64,000 nucleotides of DNA, taken from an uncultured virus (IMG/VR IMGVR_UViG_3300028903_000005). Its lineage: Duplodnaviria; Heunggongvirae; Uroviricota; Caudoviricetes. Position numbers and translations under genes: made by a program. The DNA is taken from the IMG/VR virus record IMGVR_UViG_3300028903_000005. One strand, given 5' to 3'. Every line of letters starts with the position of its first letter. The stretch's first letter is position 1. The notes under the pieces were generated by a model. The model was given only the letters and a program-made list of their open reading frames with translations. It searched no databases and had not been told where the DNA came from. Positions 49,525-61,804 of this stretch are shown here, piece after piece.

Positions 49525-50370
49525 ATACCAAAAGTAGTAGAACACATTATAAAAATATGCCCGACGTGTGGTAAAGAATTCAATACTACTTTAAATGAAA
49601 TGTCACGTGGGAAAGGTAAATATTGCTCAAGAACATGTAAAGATAAGTCTAAAAGACAAAGAATAAAAAGAAAATGTCTAACATGTGGGAAAGAATTTGA
49701 AATAACGAAATTTGAACTTTTAAACGGTAAAGGCAAATATTGTTCTTTAGAATGTTATAATAACACACCTACAAGAAAAGTTAATAAAATTTGTGTGGTT
49801 TGCGGGAAAGAATTTTTGGTATATCCGTATCGTGCAGAATCGGCTTTATATTGTTCATATGATTGTTATCATAAAGATGCATCAATTCGGTTTTGTGGAG
49901 AAAATAACCCCAATTGGAATGGTGGGGGAAGAGAATATTGCGAAAAATTTAATAATCCATTCAAACGAAGAGTTGCAGCATTTTGGTATGAAAATAACGA
50001 AAATATATGTCCAGTATGTGAAAACCCAATAGAAAGCGAAACGCCACATTGTCACCATGCATATTATGATAAAAAATCGTGTTGTCTAACAAGTTTGGAT
50101 GGAAAATATTTTTCTGGATTGGGCATAAAAAATAATGAAAAATTGTTTGAAATAATAGGAAATCCAAATAAATTTGTACCTTTGCATGGAAAATGTCATG
50201 GTAAAACAAATAGCAAATTTAAACGGGTGTTTTATGCACGAAAATTTGAAGCGCTTATAAATGAAAAATTTAATGGACAATCATATTATACTGAAGAAGA
50301 ATATACAGAATTTTTAATTCGCCACCCAGAGTGGGAAATACCATATAAATCACACAAACGAAAAAAATAA
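49525..50370 (+). CDS. Zn-finger-repeat HNH-like endonuclease; start inferred at ATA 49525
   Basis: Three CxxCGKEF...YCSxxC repeats, NPNWNGG, and CPVC...HH...CH motifs. Confidence 0.75.
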   Translation: MPKVVEHIIKICPTCGKEFNTTLNEMSRGKGKYCSRTCKDKSKRQRIKRKCLTCGKEFEITKFELLNGKGKYCSLECYNNTPTRKVNKICVVCGKEFLVYPYRAESALYCSYDCYHKDASIRFCGENNPNWNGGGREYCEKFNNPFKRRVAAFWYENNENICPVCENPIESETPHCHHAYYDKKSCCLTSLDGKYFSGLGIKNNEKLFEIIGNPNKFVPLHGKCHGKTNSKFKRVFYARKFEALINEKFNGQSYYTEEEYTEFLIRHPEWEIPYKSHKRKK

Positions 50371-50380
50371 AATTCGTTTT

Positions 50381-51334
50381 TTATTTTACTGGTGCGTGCG
50401 TCACGAATTTCATAACAAACATCATCGCCGATATTACTATAGCAACCAAAAACACGGCTCCCCCCGCCCACGTCATCGACAACCCAGACTTATAATTACC
50501 GTTTTGAATGTTCTCTGCTATTTGTCGGATAAAACCTCCCCAACTTGCCGAATTGCGACTTTTGGGGTATGCGTTGTCCACACGAACCCACGGAATCGTC
50601 ACATACAAATCAATTCCATTCGGAGTCATAATTTTCCCCTCATTCATATATTGCCATGCTTTTTTCAGTTCGTGAACTTGATCTAATTCATTCATCTCAT
50701 TCCAAATATCGCATTCTTTAGCAATTGCTTTACATTCTTGAGAATCTTCTTTTGTCCAACCATTCGCGTCCAAAAGGATCGACGCCGGAACCGATCCGAT
50801 GTTCACGATTGGTGTTGAATCCCATCCCCCTTGAAGAAGTTTTGCTATTGAAACCGATGGATCTCCGGGTCTAAATCTCTTTCTAATACGACTTCTTAAT
50901 GAATTGTCAATAGCAATTGAGATATATCTTTCACGGTCAAATATAACTCTGGCACCATATTCAGACTTTAAAACGAAATTTAAATTTAGGTCTGTCTTAA
51001 ACACCACATCGCTTTGTCCATTCATGGCTACCCAAAGGCCATGAAATGGTGTCATTAACCCCCACTTCATTTTTACCCATACAACATACGATATGATAAA
51101 TAATATTATAGATATTGGGAAAAATAAAAGATATAATGGAAATCCAAATATCGGAGTATTAAACCACCCTCCCAAAAATGGTTGATCTACTACAGACCAG
51201 CGTGTAAGTGATATAACAGCCAATATAATTATTCCAACAATTACTCCTATAACAGCAAATAAATTATCATCTACAAAAGATATTATGCTGTTTTTTGTAG
51301 TTTTTGTTTCTATAACTGTTTCTTCGTCAGTCAT
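50381..51334 (-). CDS. Membrane protein, paralog of 51340..52305
   Basis: N-terminal TM helices, soluble domain and C-terminal TM helix. Confidence 0.8.
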   Translation of the reverse strand: MTDEETVIETKTTKNSIISFVDDNLFAVIGVIVGIIILAVISLTRWSVVDQPFLGGWFNTPIFGFPLYLLFFPISIILFIISYVVWVKMKWGLMTPFHGLWVAMNGQSDVVFKTDLNLNFVLKSEYGARVIFDRERYISIAIDNSLRSRIRKRFRPGDPSVSIAKLLQGGWDSTPIVNIGSVPASILLDANGWTKEDSQECKAIAKECDIWNEMNELDQVHELKKAWQYMNEGKIMTPNGIDLYVTIPWVRVDNAYPKSRNSASWGGFIRQIAENIQNGNYKSGLSMTWAGGAVFLVAIVISAMMFVMKFVTHAPVK

Positions 51335-51339
51335 TTATA

Positions 51340-52305
51340 TCACCTAGTAGCGAGATATGATGCCCCGAGGATAATCAGCGCCCCAAGCACGAGAATCATA
51401 GCAAAACCATTTCGATCCCAGAAAGAAGGCTCTGTCATGTTTTCAGCAGCAAAATCCCTTGCTTTTTGTAAATTAATGCCACCAAATAAAGCAGCAGAGC
51501 GATTCTTTGGAGTAAACTTATCTGATGCATATGGATCGTAGAAACAATAACATGGTATCTTTATACCATCGGGCCAAATTATTTCTAATATAGGGCGCAA
51601 TTTAACAAAGTCTGCAAAATTACTTATCGAATCGGGGATCATACCTTCTTTAGCAGCAGTCACAAAATCACATTCGGTTCCATCAAAACGAGTAAATGTG
51701 AGACTTTTTGATTCTTGCGCCGCGCGCTTCATGTTTTGTTGACCACCAAATCTACCATGATTAAAATCGTCACAAACTTGACATAATGCTATGTCAGCGA
51801 CCGGGTCTATTACTTCATCATAATTGTCTTTTGTAATCGCTGCTGATAGTCCTCCCAACGTGCCAACCGCTGAAGTTGCTCCAACACGCCACATATCTGT
51901 ACGAAGTAAATCTTGGAAATACAATATACCTTCTGAATGATAAGTAAGTAAACGAATAAACCATTTCCGTGATTTTGTGAATACAATGGTTTGTTGTGCG
52001 TTGATAGAACCAGCCATCAATGCATCCTTATAACCATAACAAGGAGCAAGCGCGCTGCATTTTTTCATCCACGTCCAGTTGAAATAGAAAATGTATATCA
52101 CTATACAAAATATAATAATTACCCATAGTGGAATTAAATCTAACCACAACAATTTTGTAAAATGAAACGGAGCAATATCAAGCACTGGATTCAATACCGG
52201 AGCAATCGTGGGTATTGGTGTTGCAGTTGCAACCGGAGTAACAACCACAACTTGTGGTGCCTGTGTAATATTAGTAACAATTACAGTAGAAATTTCACCG
52301 GCCAT
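51340..52305 (-). CDS. Membrane protein with T/P-rich N-terminus, paralog of 50381..51334
   Basis: Shared P..G...A and R.AA/S.GG...A..(I/F) motifs. Confidence 0.8.
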   Translation of the reverse strand: MAGEISTVIVTNITQAPQVVVVTPVATATPIPTIAPVLNPVLDIAPFHFTKLLWLDLIPLWVIIIFCIVIYIFYFNWTWMKKCSALAPCYGYKDALMAGSINAQQTIVFTKSRKWFIRLLTYHSEGILYFQDLLRTDMWRVGATSAVGTLGGLSAAITKDNYDEVIDPVADIALCQVCDDFNHGRFGGQQNMKRAAQESKSLTFTRFDGTECDFVTAAKEGMIPDSISNFADFVKLRPILEIIWPDGIKIPCYCFYDPYASDKFTPKNRSAALFGGINLQKARDFAAENMTEPSFWDRNGFAMILVLGALIILGASYLATR

Positions 52306-52472
52306 TAGTCACCCCGTGGTATAATATATATTATCTTATTATCATCAAGCAAAACTTTTGCTTCTTGCTGTGATTTAATATTTAATCTTTTAACAATTCT
52401 ATGAGGAATACTGACCATAAAACTAGAATCTTTCTGGTGCTGAATCGACACCGTACTTATAAATTCATCCAT
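52305..52472 (-). CDS. AbrB/MazE-like DNA-binding protein (55 aa)
   Basis: Translated by hand: ...SSFMVSIPHRIVKRLNIKSQQEAKVLLDDNKIIYIIP. Confidence 0.7.
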   Translation of the reverse strand: MDEFISTVSIQHQKDSSFMVSIPHRIVKRLNIKSQQEAKVLLDDNKIIYIIPRGD

Positions 52473-52843
52473 CTAAAGATTTATAGATATTTAATAGTAT
52501 TTATAACTTTGCGTTGGTTATAAATAATGTGCGTAAAGTTTATATACAATAAAAGAATATGTTTAAATATAAAGAGGTACAGAAAATGAAAAAGTATCAG
52601 GAATCATTGAAGTTGCAGCACAACGAACTTAACAAGCGCGCAAATTCAAAGGGCGCGTATGTAATGGACGGAGAAAAACTTCTTAAAGAAGATCCTAAAG
52701 TTGTCCGTATTGATGGGATTAAAGCAAAGGATACGGATACTTTTATGGGTCAGAAAATTTAATTTTTTAACACTTCTCTTTTAATAGAAACATTTATTAA
52801 CAATGACTTATTACTCATATATATAGTATATGGTGATTAAATC

Positions 52844-54189
<1,346 letters not shown>

Positions 54190-54193
<4 letters not shown>

Positions 54194-54753
54194 ACCTCTT
54201 CCAATTTTGGCATCGTTGGAATCACTAACGAATCATACATTTTATTTTTTATAAGTATTTTAATAATGGTAGAATACCATATTGTTTCCTTTTTAATAAG
54301 TTTTTCTGCTAACACTTCTATTTGTTCTCTATTATTATTTACAATTTCTTTTGCTACTTCCAATGTAGAAATATATAATCTTCTCTTACACGGTTTATAT
54401 GATTGTGGATAACTTTTATATTTAGTTGTTTTTAATGTATTATATATCCAATCCAATTCAACACATGCGTTATTAAAATCCGCTTTTCCACCACAATTAA
54501 AATAATATTCTTCTGTTCCACACAACAACATATCCTGATTAAATATTATAGATTGGGCGAGTGGGCCAGTGAGAAAGACAATAGCGCGCGCAAGTGGGGG
54601 GCCATCTGTATAACCTTCTAATTTACCCCAAGAATTTTTGCTTTGTTTAATAGTTACCCCGTTGAATTTTTGATTTAAAACAATAGCAGCAATAGCATGT
54701 CCGGATTCATGATATGCAGCACAACGGGTTTCGTAGAGTGGGCGTTTTAACAT
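54190..54753 (-). CDS. Peptidase M41-like (stand-alone FtsH protease domain) protein
   Basis: AYHESGHAIAA, LTGPLAQ, G.AD and LAEKLIKKETI motifs. Confidence 0.75.
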
Positions 54754-54817
54754 TGTAAGTAGTATATGTTTTGATTGTATTAATAAGTTGTTGAAAAATA
54801 GGAAATTGTAATAATTT

Positions 54818-55231
54818 TTACTTACACTTCCCAACAATCTCTTCAAGTTCCTTTTCTTTATTGATCTTGTAAAGAATCTCTCTTTCAAATTTTTGTATAG
54901 CACGATCTATAATAATATTATCTTGTTCCAGAGTTGTTTTGCGAATTATTTTACCACCAACATCGTGCATTGTGGTATCAATATAATATGCAGAATCACC
55001 ATCAAGATTATCTAATAACAATTTTAACGAATGTAACATAAAACATGAAGCCGCAATCGCTGTTGTTAAAAATAATGTTATATTTGACTTTAACTGAAAT
55101 GTGATGATTGCTATTCCCACCCCTATTATAAAATAAAATAACCAATACAACGAAATATCTTCTTCTTTATCAATAGTTATTTCCCTAATATATATTATAT
55201 AATTTCCAACATTCTTTAATGGAGTAGACAT
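54818..55231 (-). CDS. Two-TM membrane protein
   Basis: Two hydrophobic segments. Confidence 0.6.
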   Translation of the reverse strand: MSTPLKNVGNYIIYIREITIDKEEDISLYWLFYFIIGVGIAIITFQLKSNITLFLTTAIAASCFMLHSLKLLLDNLDGDSAYYIDTTMHDVGGKIIRKTTLEQDNIIIDRAIQKFEREILYKINKEKELEEIVGKCK

Positions 55232-55307
55232 AATTACACATATGCGTTACTTCTATTTAATCATTACACCCAAACCTTTAAATACATCTTTCCTACTATT
55301 ATATATT

Positions 55308-55727
55308 ATGGGATTAATTGATCGTTTATCATACACTCTCGACACTGTAAAGAAACAACGTGAAGAACAAGAACTAAAGCGCGCGCTCGCATTAAAAGAA
55401 CTACGCGATAAAGTTATTCCTATGTTCCAGAAATTAATTGATAAATACCACGCGGAAGTTAAATATCTTGATACTGATGCTTATGTATTCGTGGTAGAAA
55501 ACGGACGAGAACGCGGAATATATATTCCTTATACCACAGATGAAATCCATTTGGATCTTAAACTCGATACCTTTGTTCACGACTATACTTCGTCATCTAA
55601 ACATAAGATGCGCGCTCGGTTGGAACAGGGGTTAAATAATATTGATAGCAATGCAAAGAAAGATGGGTTTTGGGAAAGGGATATTGATCTTAAGAGTTTT
55701 AATACGAGTTTGAGCAGGAGACGTTAA
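55308..55727 (+). CDS. Hypothetical protein
   Basis: Probable start MGLIDR after a TATA element; ends FNTSLSRRR. Confidence 0.7.
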   Translation: MGLIDRLSYTLDTVKKQREEQELKRALALKELRDKVIPMFQKLIDKYHAEVKYLDTDAYVFVVENGRERGIYIPYTTDEIHLDLKLDTFVHDYTSSSKHKMRARLEQGLNNIDSNAKKDGFWERDIDLKSFNTSLSRRR

Positions 55728-55728
55728 T

Positions 55729-56052
55729 ATGGTCGATTATAATATGATAGATCCAGAAATCAGAGATCTTATAAAAATAATGTATAAACATAAATATTAT
55801 ACACAATTTAGTTGTGCTGGTCACAAAAACGATCCTAGGACATTTCCCGATGGGGGTTATTTGTGGTTTAGGAAATCATATCCAATAGCAGATCTTAGAA
55901 AAATAATAACGATATTAGAAAAATATGGTTTAAAAAATATTAAAGTTTATTTTAAAAATCCAGCAAATTTAACTCGATCTTCGTTAGTAATGTTTAAACC
56001 AATCGGCAAACCGTATATTAAAGTGAATGGAAGATGGAAAATGAGTAAATAG
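55729..56052 (+). CDS. Hypothetical protein with a Tyw3-like ID..I..L...T..SC.GH motif
   Basis: IDPEIRDLI...YTQFSCAGH. Confidence 0.6.
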   Translation: MVDYNMIDPEIRDLIKIMYKHKYYTQFSCAGHKNDPRTFPDGGYLWFRKSYPIADLRKIITILEKYGLKNIKVYFKNPANLTRSSLVMFKPIGKPYIKVNGRWKMSK

Positions 56053-56063
56053 GAGTAAAAATT

Positions 56064-56330
56064 ATGACCAACTACGGACAAACTGCAAAAGAACTGGAAG
56101 AGGAATTTGAACGGGAAGAAGAACCTATCGAACAAGAATACATAAGGACATTCCCGAAGAAACACAGTAGTTTAATTCCACGTGTAAAAACCGGTGTTAA
56201 ACTTCCAAATACTATGGAATATATGGGTAGAATGGATTCGTTGAAAGTTAATATTCCACACTCTGATATTTATAACAAAGAATGGAGAAATTTTAATACT
56301 TCGTTGTTGGTAGGGAAGAAGAGGAAATAA
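56064..56330 (+). CDS. Hypothetical protein
   Basis: GGAG RBS; ends FNTSLLVGKKRK. Confidence 0.65.
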   Translation: MTNYGQTAKELEEEFEREEEPIEQEYIRTFPKKHSSLIPRVKTGVKLPNTMEYMGRMDSLKVNIPHSDIYNKEWRNFNTSLLVGKKRK

Positions 56331-56621
56331 TAAAAAATATATTTTTAGATATCAATTGAATATTTCATCTTTGCAAGTTCAAGCGGAATCCTACCAAGTT
56401 TCGGGCTGTATTCTCTCGATCTATGATTATTTCCACAAGAGATATCTTTAATTTCAATCATCGTTGATGGTTTTAACTTTTTTACTTCTAAAGATTCCAT
56501 TCCGCACCAAGTTTTAGAACCCGGAAAACGCACCATGAAGCGACTGCTGTTCACCAAACTTTCACCTCTATAAACAAAAACATATTATATATGTTGTCTT
56601 TCATATTTATAAACCTTTCGG

Positions 56622-59600
56622 TTACTTTCTCTTTTTCTTCTGTGGCAACGACGAAGGCAATGATATTGATCTAATGCCCGTGGTTGAAGATGACTTTTTA
56701 GTAATACCAATGTTGGGCATACTAAATGATGGCATTTGTATAGATGCTACTTTCTGTTGTACTGCACGCTGTGCAGGAACCACTTTAACGGGCTTTTGTT
56801 GCACTTTAGTTGGTTTCTGTAATGAGAATGATGGTAATGATGAACCCGGGCCGCGTGTTACGTTGGAACCCCTTCTCAAAGCCTTTGTTACTGCTACTGC
56901 TGCCAAGACTGGGGTAAAGGGATATTCGAATTTTTCAACGTGTTTTTTGTATCTCTTTTTCTTATCCCTTATTCCGCCACTCCCGTACAAATTACCACCT
57001 GTGGGGAGAATCGGAATTGGCGATCCGGGACTCGGGGGTTTTGGTGTTGATGGTGGCAAACTGGTTGGAATGGAGGGAATAGATGGGGGAGAAATCTTTG
57101 TGCTTGAAGGTGTAGATGGTATATTAGGCATCGATGGGCTTCCCTCTTTCGGTGGAGATGGTGGTGAAAATATAGAAATTGATGGAACTATTGGAGAAAC
57201 TATTTTTGATACGGACGGTAGACTTATTTCTGAAACCGATGGTATAGAAGCAACAGATTTTAAAGAACCCAATGATGAAGAAAACCCCTTTGGTATTTCA
57301 GAAGATTCTTTTGAAACTGATTTGCTAATAGATTTTTCAATCGGTGATATATAACCACTCATATCTTTAGATAAACTCATCTCTTTGGATGGAGCAGATA
57401 ACATTTCTGATGTAGCAATAACACTTTTTAATTTAGAATCGCTCGGTTTCAAACTACCAACACCCATTAATGGAGAATATTTTGGAATGGCGGTTGTAGA
57501 TAAAGAACCAATGATTGATGCGCCAGACATCACGGGTATTCTTACAGATTTTACACCGGTTGATGAAGGCACAGACAAATCGATGTTAAATTTTCCACCA
57601 ACATAGTTTTGTCTTACTTTTGTAGATGCATCCTTCCCCCATAAATCTAACCATTGTTCTAAATACACATCTGCTTTTGCTGCCTTTGCTCTAGTTAATG
57701 GATTGGAAGATTTGCTCATTAATTCTATATTGCCCTTTTCTCCAATATAATAATCTCCTATATCTTTCATACGTCCTTCAAATCTAGGAGCAATTTTTCC
57801 AGTAACAGAAAATACTTCTGGCCCACCTTCATATCCTTTGCCAGTAACGGTTCTCGGTTCTGGAGTAATTTCCATTGCACCAGATGCCTTTCTCCCAATT
57901 TGTTCAGCATATGGCATTACTTCTAATCCTTCAGTAGTACTTACATATTTCTGTGGTTTCATACCAAGACCGAAATAACCCGAAGATGATCTAAATGGAC
58001 TTGTTTCTTGCTTTAGTAATTTGTTGACGGTTGGATTTTCATTGTGTATATCAAATAATTTTCCACTTCCGTCTGACATTTCTACTGTGCCATCTTTAAC
58101 ATAAACCACCTTTTTACCAGCGGCTTTATTTATAGCAGATGTAACATCTTGTGCATATGAATCCCCCATTGATTGTAAAGACGATGTTTTGGATGTTGTT
58201 AGTTTGCTCTTTATTCCTTCTATCAACGACAATTTTCCCGGTTGCCCTGCTTCAGAAGGTATCATAACATCAAGATCATTTGGATTGCGAAGCAATGTTG
58301 TAACTCCACGTTCTATTCCAACCGCCTTCTGCCCAGCGGAACCATATAATTTTGCGCCATAATCAAGAGAAGTTTGTAAAATTGCTTCGGTAACTTCTGC
58401 CGAATTCGGGAATTTTCTTGCTTTTACAACTTCTCCTATCGCTGTAGATGCTTGATCATACTTTGCTCCGGAACCAGAAGTGATTTCATGGGTTTTATAC
58501 ATCAAATCTAATTTTGGAGATTCTTCGGGTGCTATATATTTTTTACCAATGGCAACTTCCAATGGAGATTCCATCGCATACGTGGAACCCTCGGTTTTAA
58601 ATTTAAACATCTCTGCTGTTGGTTTTGGAATCCCAATATACACATTTTTTAGTGTGGATACGGCTTTAACAGCACCATATTTTAAATTCGGTAATAATTG
58701 TGGAGAAGTCGAAACATCTAATATAGCCCACTTCTCACCAGATGGTGAAACAACATTTTCTACATTTTTTAAATATAGTTTCGTTTCTGGTGCAACCACA
58801 TATTCTTCTTCTAATCCCAATCCTTTCCACGGCTTACCAGCAGCGGCACGAAGACCCGGATATAATTTACCCGGCGGTAATGTTGCTGCAACATCAGCAA
58901 AATTCCTTCCATATGCTCCACTGCTCTTTATTTTACCCACGGCGCTAGCAAATTCCGGCGTGATTTCCGGAGTTGTTCTTAATCGCAATGCTACTTTTGT
59001 TCCGGTTTCACCAGCATACTGTTTAAGTATTGTACCCGGATCCCCAAAGAATAATGCACCTTCTTTTCCACCCTTTCCAACAACAACCTCTCCTGTGGTC
59101 AAGAGTTGATTTACAAATGCGTTTTCAGGAGTAACATGATAGAAATCCGATACTCCACCTTTAGCAAGAGTTGTATATCTTTGGGCTGCTTGACTAGCAT
59201 CCGCAAAAGTATTCATCTTCGTAGTAAATGATATATCTTTTGCACTACCTTTTAAAAGGTTTGAACCAATAATAACATCGGTGGGAGAAGTTGTTTTTCC
59301 GCCTACACCAACCAAAGAAGATGTTAATTGTTCAATCTGTTTATCAGCACCAGATAATTTCGAAACGACAAGTGAAGTATATTTAGCAGTTGGTGTTTCC
59401 ATTCCTTTTGACGAAATTATTTCCGCGCGTTGCAATCCGATTCTATAAGGCTGTGCTTCATATAATTTTCCCCCACCCTTAAACAATAAATATTGACCAA
59501 CCAATGAACCCGCAAACTTTGCTGGATTTGTTGTTGCTGATTGATACATCCCACCTGCTTGCATTGCAAGACCTGCTGTTGCCAATCCAGCAAATGTTGA

Positions 59601-61568
59601 TGGATTACGCAATATTGTTTCTCCACCGACCAAAGCAGATTGCCCAAGTTGTGCTACCATTTCCGGGGTTGATGTTAAACCTGATATTACACCCCCGGGA
59701 ATACCCCACCCAGATACAGCAGTTTCTATAGGTGCTTGAATATTAGCAGAATACCATTTTCCAACATCTCCAATATTAGAACCAAGTCCATACGTTAACA
59801 ATTTTGTTTGATCTACATTTCCCGTTAATGGAGATGCAGATTTGACATAATGGGATTCTGCTGTATCTATTTGCCCCTGCAATGTAGAAATTTTTCCATA
59901 TTGCGTATCCAAATCTGTTTTCTGCGAGGTGAGGTTTTCATATTCTTTTTGCGTCGGTATAGCACTTTGTTTATTAAAAATATCCACGTTTTTACTATAA
60001 GTATCAATTGAAGATTGTAAATTTTTTTGTTGTGATATTAAACTATCATATCCCTCTTGTGTTGGATTTGCTTTATAAGATTCGAGATTTTTATTATATA
60101 TTTCCGATTTTAATTCTATATCTTTTTGTTGTGTCAACAAATTATCATAACCTTCTTGCATCTTATTTGCATTTATATTATATGAATTCATATTTTTATT
60201 ATATGCAACCAAAGATTTTTCATAATCTGGCATAAGAGCATTAATTTTTTCTGTGTTTATAGAAGAAACCTTTTGATAATCATAATAAGATTCTGTTGCT
60301 GCACCACCCTGTGATATTCCAGACAAAACATCACTAGCAACAGGCAATTTTGTTTCTGTTCCCAATTTGTACACAGATGATAAAACAGGAACTTCTCCCG
60401 ATGGAACTTTTGAACCAATATCATAAATATTACTTAATATTGGAGTGGCTTTTATAACATTTGAAACATCAGTGAATGTGGATGGGATATTTGTGCTTCC
60501 AATAGTAGCATTTTGTGTTCCGGTCGGTCCCCCCTTATTAAAAACAACCGCGCTGCCCGGAACCACATATAATCCACCCGCCATCGGTTGACTTTTCATC
60601 GTAACATCGGGGCCAGTACCAGAAAATTGTGCAGGCATTGTAGTAACAACCGACCGTGGAACATTAGTTTCCCACGACGCCATTACGTTACCAACACTTT
60701 CCGGCGTAATACTCTTCACACCCGTCCCACCATACAAAGCACCATACGGCCCTTCGATACCTTCCGCCGCTTGCAAAGCCGCCAATCCCGGCATAAAATT
60801 AACATTTTCGTTTTTACCTAATGCGGTATTCCATTGATGCTGTTGAACACCCATCGTTCCACCGGGTAAATATCTGGACATCTCCCCGCTAACAGGAGGA
60901 AACACATCGGATCTGGTTATAGGAGCACCTTTCAACAACTCCACGGCAAGATCCGCTTGGTATTCATAAGGATTCGCCGCCACTGGTCTTCCCGTTTCTT
61001 TGGCCATATAATGATACTGGCTAGCTGCTTCTATCGGTTCTTGAATTGATTTAGTTAACTCATTTTCATAAAAACTTTTTGCCCTACTATCGGTTGCTGC
61101 TTGTCGTTGTTCTTCTAATGTATACCTCACAGCATCGTCATATGAACCGAATGGTTTGTTTGGTTGATTCATTAATTCTTTTGCGCGCGTTTGTGTTGCA
61201 GCATCTCCCAATTCGGTTGAAGCATAATAACCGGGGCGCGTTTCCACAGCCCTATACATTGCTGGAGGCAACGCGGGGTGAACGTTAGTATCATAATCAT
61301 ATTCTTGTGCTGCCGAAGGAGGAGTTGCCGTTTGAGCAGCAGCGATTCGTGCTACACTCGGATCTACAACACCTCCTGTTTTTCCAACCAATTGTGCAAT
61401 TTCGGCAGCCGTGTTACCGGACATTGCGGGTTGTGGCGTGTCAACAGTGTGCGCGTTTGCTGGTGGACTACCACCACCCTCGTAAGTAATTTGACCGGTA
61501 TATGCAGATTGATAACCTATGATATTCCCACCAGAATCCCTAACAGCATATGAAGCATAAGATCCCAT
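56622..61568 (-). CDS. Giant multidomain protein: coiled coil, hydrophobic helices, putative ADP-ribosyltransferase, putative nucleotidyltransferase, S/P-rich tail
   Basis: 1648-aa ORF. ART-like FYHVT...ALFFG...EEEYVV; Pol-beta NTase-like LYGS...NDLDV...LFDIH. Confidence 0.85.
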   Translation of the reverse strand: MGSYASYAVRDSGGNIIGYQSAYTGQITYEGGGSPPANAHTVDTPQPAMSGNTAAEIAQLVGKTGGVVDPSVARIAAAQTATPPSAAQEYDYDTNVHPALPPAMYRAVETRPGYYASTELGDAATQTRAKELMNQPNKPFGSYDDAVRYTLEEQRQAATDSRAKSFYENELTKSIQEPIEAASQYHYMAKETGRPVAANPYEYQADLAVELLKGAPITRSDVFPPVSGEMSRYLPGGTMGVQQHQWNTALGKNENVNFMPGLAALQAAEGIEGPYGALYGGTGVKSITPESVGNVMASWETNVPRSVVTTMPAQFSGTGPDVTMKSQPMAGGLYVVPGSAVVFNKGGPTGTQNATIGSTNIPSTFTDVSNVIKATPILSNIYDIGSKVPSGEVPVLSSVYKLGTETKLPVASDVLSGISQGGAATESYYDYQKVSSINTEKINALMPDYEKSLVAYNKNMNSYNINANKMQEGYDNLLTQQKDIELKSEIYNKNLESYKANPTQEGYDSLISQQKNLQSSIDTYSKNVDIFNKQSAIPTQKEYENLTSQKTDLDTQYGKISTLQGQIDTAESHYVKSASPLTGNVDQTKLLTYGLGSNIGDVGKWYSANIQAPIETAVSGWGIPGGVISGLTSTPEMVAQLGQSALVGGETILRNPSTFAGLATAGLAMQAGGMYQSATTNPAKFAGSLVGQYLLFKGGGKLYEAQPYRIGLQRAEIISSKGMETPTAKYTSLVVSKLSGADKQIEQLTSSLVGVGGKTTSPTDVIIGSNLLKGSAKDISFTTKMNTFADASQAAQRYTTLAKGGVSDFYHVTPENAFVNQLLTTGEVVVGKGGKEGALFFGDPGTILKQYAGETGTKVALRLRTTPEITPEFASAVGKIKSSGAYGRNFADVAATLPPGKLYPGLRAAAGKPWKGLGLEEEYVVAPETKLYLKNVENVVSPSGEKWAILDVSTSPQLLPNLKYGAVKAVSTLKNVYIGIPKPTAEMFKFKTEGSTYAMESPLEVAIGKKYIAPEESPKLDLMYKTHEITSGSGAKYDQASTAIGEVVKARKFPNSAEVTEAILQTSLDYGAKLYGSAGQKAVGIERGVTTLLRNPNDLDVMIPSEAGQPGKLSLIEGIKSKLTTSKTSSLQSMGDSYAQDVTSAINKAAGKKVVYVKDGTVEMSDGSGKLFDIHNENPTVNKLLKQETSPFRSSSGYFGLGMKPQKYVSTTEGLEVMPYAEQIGRKASGAMEITPEPRTVTGKGYEGGPEVFSVTGKIAPRFEGRMKDIGDYYIGEKGNIELMSKSSNPLTRAKAAKADVYLEQWLDLWGKDASTKVRQNYVGGKFNIDLSVPSSTGVKSVRIPVMSGASIIGSLSTTAIPKYSPLMGVGSLKPSDSKLKSVIATSEMLSAPSKEMSLSKDMSGYISPIEKSISKSVSKESSEIPKGFSSSLGSLKSVASIPSVSEISLPSVSKIVSPIVPSISIFSPPSPPKEGSPSMPNIPSTPSSTKISPPSIPSIPTSLPPSTPKPPSPGSPIPILPTGGNLYGSGGIRDKKKRYKKHVEKFEYPFTPVLAAVAVTKALRRGSNVTRGPGSSLPSFSLQKPTKVQQKPVKVVPAQRAVQQKVASIQMPSFSMPNIGITKKSSSTTGIRSISLPSSLPQKKKRK

Positions 61569-61804
61569 GTTTCACCTCTTCTTATTATTGTTATTTATTT
61601 TCGGTGCTGCTACTGCTTGCACAAGATATGCACCACCGCGCGCAGACTCACCGGGAATAATAACATTATTATATGTAGGAACATTCATATGCGATTCGAC
61701 TATCCTTGGGGCTACAACTGGAGGTAACATAAAACAACACCTTTATATAACAGTTGTAGTTATACTTTATAAATCTTTCTATTAAAAAATAGTGGGAATT
61801 AATA

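Noticed and set aside
56674..57354. Long antisense ORFs (also 6302..6901, 43603..44250, 52837..53376 poly-Ser, 58480..59109)
   Set aside because: These are shadows of well-supported genes on the opposite strand and have no motifs of their own.
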